NCBI GenBank assembly: GCA_002104945.1
Contig: MCFH01000005.1
Span: 1,240,001 to 1,304,000, forward strand
Length of the DNA stretch: 64,000 nt
Direction: 5' to 3'
From: Piromyces finnis finn
Taxonomy: Eukaryota > Fungi > Neocallimastigomycota
Shown: positions 54,853 to 64,000 of the stretch, piece by piece
Position numbering within the stretch: position 1 is the stretch's first letter
Layout of the letters: the number at the start of each line of letters is the position of its first letter
Translations under genes and position numbers: made by a program
The notes under the pieces: model-generated
Seen by the model: only the letters and a program-made list of their open reading frames with translations
What the model was told of the DNA's origin: nothing
Databases searched by the model: none

Positions 54853-55177
54853 CTATAATACTATATATAATCTGAATATGACATGGAATATTCTTTTTTT
54901 TTTATTTTATTAAGATTTAATATATTTTTAATATAATAAGATTTATTATTGTTTTATAAATTTTAACATATTGAATTATTATTACAAAAATCAATATTTA
55001 TTATTTTTCTTTTAGGTAAATAATAGGTATTAAAATAATACTATTAAATGATAATCACCTTATTTAAATACATCATTATTATGAATATTTTCTTTTTAAT
55101 ATTATAAGTTTACTAATATGCCTTTTTGATTATATATAGTATTATTCATTGCATTCAATATTTAGTATTTAAATGTA

Positions 55178-55729
55178 TTTTTTTTTTTTTTTTTAACTTC
55201 CGAGTGCATTTCTCCCATCGATCAGAGTTAGCTCCAATGGTGGTTCTTAGAGAAACGTTGGCTCATTCCTATTGCTAGGTGGTTGTGACCCTCCTGGTCT
55301 GTCATACTGTTTCTTCAGCTTCGACGCTCACTTAATCCATGTACATTAGATGCATGTCGTTGTACGATATTTCACAACTACAATGCTAAGCCTCTTATAG
55401 TCAATTTGATCACGTGTCAACCGCCCCCTAATGTTTACACTTAAATTGATTAAGGAATATTATGTGTTTTTGGCATAGCCTAAGTCACCACTTATTAAGT
55501 TCTAATTTGGAATGTACCATGTACACTAGACCCTCTCAGGCCGGCTAGACGAGTGTTATTATCATAGTAGTAAATTAGAAAGTTCATTTATACTTACCTG
55601 AATATCATAACCCAACCCATGGCAAACCCAGTGGGAAAATCCACAGGCACTGACATCTGCGGGGTCGAACCAGAAGCCTTATGTATGCTAAGGAAACGCC
55701 TTAACAACCAGGATAAAAACTGGAACGAC
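55178..55729 (-). mobile_element. tRNA-derived SINE-like retroposon, 552 bp, full length
   Basis: Perfect 12-bp flanking direct repeat TATTTAAATGTA (55166-55177 and 55730-55741), A17 tail, Pol III B box GGTTCGACCCC (55671-55661) at tRNA-like spacing from the 5' end, non-coding GC-richer body. Confidence 0.88.
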
Positions 55730-57561
55730 TATTTAAATGTAAAAATACAATTTCCAACAAAGAAAAAATACTAATAAATAAGGTTTAATAGAAAATAAAT
55801 GATTCATAACAATAATAATAATAATAAAAAAAAAAAATGTTTTCATGGTTAAAAGGTATTGTTCTATTTCTTTTTATTAAAAAAGAAAAAAAATACATTC
55901 TTAATGATTTCTGTTAATAAATAAAATATTATTATTACTATCATAATTTTATTTAATGGTAATACTAAATCATTGCACCCGTATATTATTTTAAATTTTA
56001 AATATATTACTTATCCATATATGATTTCATGAAAAAAGTGATATAAATATTAAAATTTATTTGTTTTATAAATACAATTAATTTATATCTCATGAAAAGA
56101 GGTAAGAGTATTATTATTAATACATTATATTATATTAAGCTAATTATTACTTTTTTTTTTTTTAATATATTTATTTGATTCTGGAAATCATAAAACAATA
56201 TTAAAGTATGAAACTTATGTGATGATATAAAATAGAATATAAACTTTTTTAGTAGTATGAAACGTAGATTGACTACAATTTCTTTTTTAAAAGAGAGGAA
56301 AAAAACATTATTGTATATATGAGTTTGTCTAATATTAATTTATAATATGAAGTTATACTATTATATATAATTATTTGTTCATTCCTTTTATTATTTAATA
56401 TTTTAATTGTTATTTTATAAATAAAAGCAAAAATTTAATTTGCTTTGCTATATTTTATTATTAAAGGGTTATATTAAAAATTAACATCAAGATTTCTGTT
56501 TTTTTTTTTTTTTTTTTTTTTTAAATAAATTCATATAATAACTTTATAGAAAATATTCTTTCTATTAATACTCAATTAATAAAAAAGTCTTATCATATTA
56601 GACAATATATGAATATATATAATTAAATATATTAAATATTATTATTACTTTTAGGATTAATAATAGTAATGGTCCATTTATAGACATTATTATAAAAAAT
56701 ATGGAATTTAGAATTCATTCCATGATTTTTTTTTATTGCTTTAAAGAAGCATAAATAATAATACTATTATAACTTTTTTTTATTATTTCTAATTTTATTT
56801 TATGACCTTTTTATGTTAGAAATAACTTTAAATCTTAAAGAGGATAAAGAAAAATATAATCTATATATAATAATAATTTTTCTTTTATATTATTTAATTT
56901 TTTTTTAAATGAATTAATATAAATGAATAAATAACATAGTTATTCAACTACACATAAATTTGTATAAAAAATGAATTTCTTGGATCTTTTAAACTTTGTT
57001 ATTAATTATTATTTAATTTTTTTTTTCATACATATTATGTTAATAATTACTTATTTAATTATTATTTAAATATATAATAAGTTGTAATAACTTATTTAAA
57101 ATTATTATTTAATAAGTGATAATAATTACTTATTAATAGTTTTAAATATTGTTGATTATACACTTTTTTTTTTTTAAATTAAAATATTTTATACAATAAT
57201 ACAAAAAAATTTTTTTTTTAAAAAAAAACAAAGCTATAATTTTAAAAATTATAAAATTATATAATACATATTTTTTTACAAAAAAAAGAAAAAAAAAGTA
57301 TTAAATATTTCTTTTTTTTTTTTTCTTTACATATTTTTTGTAAAAGAGAAAATAAAATATTATTTTATAAAATAATATTTAGTATTAAAAATAATTAAAA
57401 CTTTGATAATTTTATATACCATTGCTAAGGTATAAAACTTAAATATTATGGTATATAATTATAATATCTGTTTTAATTAATTGCATAATAATATATTTAC
57501 ATCAAATTATATTATTAAAAATAAAAAACTCTTTTGAAATTAAATTATTCATTTTAATTCA

Positions 57562-58489
57562 TTAATTACATATACCAAATTGACTTTGACAACCGGAACC
57601 ACAATGATCCTTGGTCATACCACACCAACCATATTTACTACAACAAAGACCACTTATACATTTAGCAACACCTGCACCACATCTTTCATCAGAGAGAGGA
57701 AGGTTGTTATTGTTATTGTTGTTATTGTTGTTATTATTATTATTGTTGTTGTTATTGTTATTATTGTTATTATTATTATTGTTGTTATTGTTATTATTAT
57801 TATTGTTGTTATTGTTATTATTATTATTGTTATTATTATTGTTGTTATTGTTATTATTAGTTGGCTTTGCATAGACTGGCTTACCTATGGTATTTCCTTT
57901 GTCATAATTACAAACTAAATAAGTTTTATAATTTCCACAACTGGCTAAACCACATCCAACCTTTGTATTTTCAGCCCAGACAATTTGAGTATAATGTCCA
58001 ATAACCTTTCCATTAACTGTAGAACCAGAAAATTTTGCGTAATTTCCATATTTTAAAAAGTCAGATTTTTCAGCAGTCCAAAGGTTAAATAACTTGGTAA
58101 CAGAAGTATTTCCTTTACTACCAGCAAGATTTTCAGGTCCTGTTTTAGAATGGACCATACCTTTACATTTATTAGCATAATTCTTTAAATTTTTTTTATT
58201 TATAGAGATTACATTAGTCATATGATTAAATAATTTTAAAAAAAAAAAAAAAGAAAAAAAAAAAAAAACTAGCAATAGAATAAAGAAATAAATTTAAAAG
58301 ACATACTTGAGCCTTAGTAGCAAGAGTATTATCCCATGAAATTTCTTTCATATTTGGTGAATTGACTTCATTTCTAGCATTACGATGAAGTTGTAACAAT
58401 TCATTTTTTTGACTGTTTGATAAGGCAGCATCGGACAAAGTAACAGATAAAAGAGCGAAAATTAAAACAGATAAGATTTTTGAATTCAT
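57562..58489 (-). CDS. Secreted CAP (SCP/PR-1) domain protein with poly-Asn linker and C-terminal CBM18 (2 exons: 58489-58307, 58182-57562)
   Basis: Signal peptide; [36 protein letters not shown] and YLVCNY (CAP motifs); 52 Asn codons at 57858-57703; [22 protein letters not shown] hevein/CBM18. Confidence 0.93.
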
Positions 58490-59083
58490 TTTTATAATAT
58501 ATATATATATATATTTAAAATATTAATTATTATTATTTATATATATTATTTTTATAATATATTTGTTATTATTATTTTTTTTTTGGTTTGAAAAATTAAG
58601 CGAACCTTTTGTCTTTTTATAGTTTTTTAAAAGCTTTTGTATTAACTACAATTAATATAGATCCTATTTAATATAAGAAATATTATATATTATATATTTA
58701 AACATATATATATCATACACATATCATTATTAATTAAAACAATACTTTTTGAAATGAAATAAAAAATAGCAAAAAAGAAATTATAAAATATATTATACAT
58801 ATACATAATATATTATGTATTACTATTTAGATTATATTATTAAGTTAATAATATTTTAAAAGTTCATTTGATCATATAGAATATGAGAATATACTTTAAT
58901 TACAAGTTTAATAATTAATATTTAAAAAATCACAGTATAATAAATGTTTTATATATGTATATATTTCATTATATATATTAGAGTTAAAAATGTTATAGAA
59001 ACTTTTAATAATTAAAGTATTTAGTTAAGGATTACTCAAAATTACAATACATTTGAAATTAACAATGTATTAATTAATAGAAA

Positions 59084-59313
59084 TGACTTTTTTTTTTTAT
59101 AAAATAAAACATAAAATAAATTAATTAATACATTATGCTTGACTTTTTTTTTTATAAAATAAAACATAAAATAAATTAATTAATACATTATGCTTGACTT
59201 TTTTTTTTATAAAATAAAACATAAAATAAATTAATTAATACATTATGCTTGACTTTTTTTTTTATAAAATAAAACATAAAATAAATTAATTAATACATTA
59301 TGCTTGACTTTTT
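59084..59313. repeat. 55-bp tandem repeat, about 4 near-identical copies
   Basis: AAAATAAAACATAAAATAAATTAATTAATACATTATGCTTGAC(T)nATA recurs at 59101, 59156, 59211 and 59266. Confidence 0.95.
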
Positions 59314-60306
59314 AATCATTTATTCTGACTTAATTATTAATATATATTTGTTAATCCTTTTAAATTCATTAGCATTGAAAGATATATAGAAATATAATAG
59401 AAGAATGATGTGAATATTCAAATATTAAATCAAACATAAGATATAATTTAAATGATACATAATCATACATAAAATATATTAATATAACAATATTTATTTA
59501 TGACTAAAAACTCTATAAAGTAGTTTAATCTATTATTTGTAAATTATATATTTGATATATATAATAAAAGAGAAAAGTTAATTATTGTAATTGATTACAT
59601 TATTTATCATTTCTCATTATGGTTTTAATTTAAACTTTTTTTTTCTTTTTAAAAAGAAATAACATTTGGTGAGAAATATATATAATTGGTTCAATAAAAT
59701 TAATCTTTTTTTTTTTAAAAAAGAGTATATTAAAAAATAAATTAAATCTTTACATAAATTAAAAGTTTGGGAAAATTTTTGCTGGAAAAATATGAAAAAA
59801 TGTCCAAAAATAAAAAGATATAAAATAAGGTTGGAATATAAAGTAAAAAAAAAAAAAAAAGAACTTTTTTTTTTTTAAAAGAATTTTAAATAAAAGTTTA
59901 TAAATTATAAAATATTAAAACTATACAATGAAATGTCCTATAAATATACAGATAGAAAAAAAAAAAAAAAACAACTAAATCTTTATTATCTTTAATTAAA
60001 TTAATTATCATTATCATTATCATAAAAAAAAAAAATATTTAGAAAAGTTAAAACTAGTGCTTGATAGTTATTGTAATTAATTTAGACATTTCCATTTATA
60101 TATAAAATAATGAATAGCATGTAGTTTATTCCTTTACAAAATATTTTATTAAAAATAAAAAAAGATTAAATAGTGAAGAATTTACTCTAATTTTGACATT
60201 ATTCTTTTTTTTTTTTTTTTTTATTTTTTATTAATTCAGTAATTACTTATTATTATTCATATCATTTATAAAATTAATTAGACAAGATTTTTTTTCTAAT
60301 TAATAA

Positions 60307-61189
60307 AATATTATAATACTATGATCTGGCAATTAAAAATGTATAATTATTTAATAGTTGGATTAATCATTATCCAAAATTTTTTGGCGGATTTAATCAG
60401 ACTTTTTGGCCAGAAGAAATTCGACCTCTGCCAAACTTTTATCTAGTGGATTTTAAATTTTAAAAAGATCTTTAGTTATGTTTTAACACAACATAATGAG
60501 AGAGTGTTATTAATTATTAAAAACTTGGTGTAAATCTCAACAATTGATATAAAAATAATACATGATTTGAACCTATTATTATATTAGTAATTTTTCCTAA
60601 TATTAAATTTATAGTTTTTAATAATATTAAATATTAATTATTTCTATAATATACAAAAATGTAATATAAATGTATTATTAATGTAATAATATGTAATGTA
60701 AAAGAATAATGTAAATGTATGATCCATATAGTTCCAGCCTTATAATTGGACAATTAGTTATTAAGTAGTATAAATAGACTATTAAAAAGGGGCTTCTTGT
60801 TTTAGTAAAAATTTAAATAAGTTAACAACAACAGAACTGACGTTTTTAGTATTTAGATAGAATAGAAATATTAGAACGTAATAAATAAAGCTATTAATAA
60901 AACATACATTATTTAAAGTTTAATTCTTTCTACATAAAAATAACCCGTATCAATATTATAATACTATGATGATCTGGCAATTAAAAACGTATAATTATTT
61001 AATAGTTGGGATTGATAATTATCCAAAATTTTTGGCGGATTTAATCAGACTTTTTGGCCAGAAGAAATTCGACCTCTGCCAAACTTTTATCTAGTGGATT
61101 TTAAATTTTAAAAAGATCTTTAGTTATGTTTTAACACAACATAATGAGAGAGTGTTATTAATTATTAAAACTTGGTGTAAATCTCAACA
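60307..61189. repeat. Pair of about 237-bp direct repeats (60307-60542 and 60952-61189)
   Basis: Near-identical copies (TGATCTGGCAATTAAAAA...TTGGTGTAAATCTCAACA) with a few indels/SNPs, separated by about 410 bp of unique sequence. Confidence 0.95.
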
Positions 61190-61247
61190 CATAAAAAATA
61201 TTAAATAATAGTATGAAAATTAATAATAGTTTATATATATAGTCTAG

Positions 61248-61420
61248 ATAATTATGTATCTAATTCCTATAGTGTGTAGAAAATTAATAATATAATTATG
61301 TATTTAATTTATATAGTGTATAGAAAATTAATAATATAATTATGTATTTAATTTATATAGTGTATAGAAAATTAATAATATAATTATGTATCTAATTTAT
61401 ATAGTGTGTAGAAAATTAAT
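61248..61420. repeat. 44-bp minisatellite, about 4 copies
   Basis: ATAATTATGTAT(C/T)TAATT..TATAGTGT(G/A)TAGAAAATTAATAAT starts at 61248, 61292, 61336 and 61380. Confidence 0.93.
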
Positions 61421-62360
61421 ATAGTTGAGTTAGTGTATGTCCTAGATTTCTGGAAGATTTAGCCAAAATTTCTGGCCAGAAGAAAATTGATTCCAGGCTT
61501 TAAAAATAAGAATATATAAAATTTTTTTTAATAATAAATTAAATTATTATTATTATTTTCATTTTCATTTTTTTTTAGTTAAACTACTATTTTACTGGGT
61601 ACATTTAGTAGTTATTGGTATAAACCTTTTTTTTTTTTAATTTAAATAATTAAAAAAGTTTTTTAAAGTTACTATTTATAAAATTAAAATTTATTTTATA
61701 TTTCATTTAGTTTATTTTAGCAAAAGATATCGAAATAATGAAATTAGTAATAGTATAAAGATGAAACGGATTATGCATTTAAAAAATATAGCAATATACA
61801 ATTATTACTTTTGATTTTTATAAATATTTATAATTTTATTAAAAACTGATATACGGATCATTATACTATTTATAACACTTAATAATAATTTTAATATTTA
61901 AATTCTTTTTTTTTTTTAAATAAAATATTTAAAGGGATTTTATCAACTTTTTAATTTAATTTTCTTGTTAATGTTAATTAAAAATATGTATAATTAATGA
62001 TTATTTTTTAAAAATATCCATTTTAATGTGTTAAAATGTAGAACTAATTTATTATTATAATCTTTAATTTGGTATAATATTCCAATAAATTTTAGTAATT
62101 TTAATTTTAATTATTTGAAAATTAAAATATATATATTTAAACTTTTTTTAATTTTGAAAATGACTCTATTTATCGAACTTTTGTGAAACATATGAAAGTA
62201 ATAAAGAAATGGTAAAAAAAAAAAAAAAAAAAAACGATATAAAATAAAGGAAAAAGTGATTTTTTTTAAGAAAAAAAATTGTATTGAAATAATAATAAAA
62301 TTAAAATAAATATATTCAACAAATATACCCATACTTATTTATTTGTAAAATACTTTAAAA

Positions 62361-63158
62361 ATGAAAATAGGATTTATTACTAGTGTATTAACATTATTCA
62401 CCACTAGTTCAGTATTTGCTGAAATATCTTTTATTGATTACCATAAAAAAAATTATGGTAATGACATAGATAATAATGTATTAATTAAATGTTCAAATAT
62501 TATTGAAGAATACCAAAATGAATGTATAGGTTCGGAAATTGATTCATTTTCAAAAAATAAAATTGATGGATTATGTGATAGATACAATTCAGAGAAATGT
62601 CAATATTTATTTGAAGATATTGATGATACATTGAAAGAATGTAAAAAGTTGCCAGAAAATGAATATAATAATATTATTGAATATTTCAATGAAACTTCGG
62701 TTTTTAATGAATTATATTGTACTAAAAATGAGAGTAATGAAAACTGTCCAATCATCGATTTAGATATGTTTACTGGAACTACATTAACAGGTTATATATT
62801 AAATGGTGTTATGTTAAATTCTACTTTTCCATCAGAGGAAAATTATAAAAATGTTATAAATAATACTTGTAGATCTAAAAAATGTAATGATGCTTTATAT
62901 AAATTTGTATATTTCTTTGGTGATGAAAATCAAAACTCCGAAACCATCACTAGAAAAAATACTGAGGAAAATTCTAATAAATTTTTGGAATTTAGAAAAT
63001 CAGTTATCGCAATTTTAAAATCTGATAATTGTACTGCATTAGGTAATGAATCACAAGAACATATTGCTAATGGTGTCACTAAAACCCAAATTAGCGTTGG
63101 TTTTATTGTTGCTACATTATCCTTATTTTTAGTACTTTTAAATGATAATACTCTATAG
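62361..63158 (+). CDS. Secreted Cys-rich surface protein with C-terminal hydrophobic (GPI/TM) anchor, unknown function
   Basis: Signal peptide, spaced cysteines (C...C, LYCTKNESNENCP, TCRSKKC, SDNC), hydrophobic C-terminus; intronless. Confidence 0.8.
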   Translation: MKIGFITSVLTLFTTSSVFAEISFIDYHKKNYGNDIDNNVLIKCSNIIEEYQNECIGSEIDSFSKNKIDGLCDRYNSEKCQYLFEDIDDTLKECKKLPENEYNNIIEYFNETSVFNELYCTKNESNENCPIIDLDMFTGTTLTGYILNGVMLNSTFPSEENYKNVINNTCRSKKCNDALYKFVYFFGDENQNSETITRKNTEENSNKFLEFRKSVIAILKSDNCTALGNESQEHIANGVTKTQISVGFIVATLSLFLVLLNDNTL

Positions 63159-64000
63159 ATGATAGAGTAACAATATTAATATTATTAGTATTGTTTAAGA
63201 TAATTTATTTTTAATAGTCTATTTTATAATATATATATAATTATGGTAAATATATAATAATGTATTTAGTATAATTAAGAATTAATATCAACATTAAAAA
63301 TGAAAAAATGAAGAATCATTTTACAAATTAAAAAAAATATATTATTATATTTTATATTTTTCATGTTTTTTTACATATTTTTTATATTTTTTATATATTT
63401 TATTGATTAGTTTTTTATAATTATAAAAAAAATAAAAAAATATTTATTAAATAGATGAATATATATTTTATTTTATTATTTTTAAAATAAGATTAATATT
63501 TTTGAATTTTATAATATGTAATGATAAAAAAAAAATTTATGTTTTACACTATTTTTTTTTAAAGTTAATTATACATTAAATTATTAAAAAAGGGTATTAG
63601 AATTTTAATAAAAATGAATTTCTATTCTTTATAAGGAAATTATGAGTTTTAAACACATTCTTATTTAAATCTTCAACACTTAAATTATTCTTGACAAGAT
63701 AATTATGAATATATATTCTATATATTTTATCTATATATAAGAAATATATAATGACAAAAGAATTTGTTAAGGTTCCCCCAAATTGGAAGATATAAATTAA
63801 TTTATTATTGTTGAACTGTGTGACTATTCGATAAAGTATTATATATATTATGTATGTATAAATAGGTACAAATAAAGGCTTAAAAATAGTTTAGAATTAA
63901 TATACATATATTAAATAATTGTAATGGTTAGATTATTGTATCTTCCAAGAATATTCATAGGGATATACATTAATATTTTTATTTACCTCTTTAAATCTTT

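Noticed and set aside
55660-55729. Functional tRNA-Ala(AGC) gene
   Set aside because: The B box and spacing are tRNA-like, but the acceptor and anticodon stems do not pair, and the sequence is the head of a TSD-flanked poly(A) element.
57580-57918. Poly-Leu / poly-Ile ORFs
   Set aside because: Antisense and alternative frames of the poly-Asn repeat in the CAP-CBM18 gene.
60307-61189. TRIM / LTR pair (the units can be read as TG...CA)
   Set aside because: No matching 4-6 bp TSD, no recognisable PBS or polypurine tract, and homology extends upstream of the TG.
59084-61420. CRISPR-like arrays (55-, 44- and also the 37-bp repeat at 45012)
   Set aside because: The units are contiguous with no unique spacers, there are no cas genes, and the context is eukaryotic.

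Overview
This is extremely AT-rich eukaryotic DNA, almost certainly from an anaerobic gut fungus (Neocallimastigomycota). The evidence is a fungal-dockerin GH6 cellobiohydrolase, CBM1/CBM18 modules, the flagellar factor CFAP300 and short GT-AG introns. The left half (about 5.7-32 kb) is mostly conserved and intron-rich: a Kre9-like GPI protein, U1 snRNA, an Elongin C/Skp1-like BTB plus LRR gene, SKI8/WDR61, a PP2C-like phosphatase, SEC12-like, CFAP300, RPS20 and a YOR238W-like gene. It also holds an intronless, bacterial-looking homocysteine S-methyltransferase-GNAT fusion. The right half (about 33-64 kb) is accessory: an LRR-only protein, a subtilase, Cel6A, a bacterial-like DHA2 MFS transporter, CAP-CBM18, two pseudogenes, a decayed LINE and several tandem/direct repeats. 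The top finding, absent from the ORF track, is a complete 552-bp tRNA-headed SINE-like retroposon (55178-55729, minus) with an A17 tail and a perfect 12-bp target-site duplication. It shares its 3' region with the LINE in this window and carries a donor site perfectly complementary to U1. Exon structures were read by eye and family assignments come from motif recall; no database searches were run.
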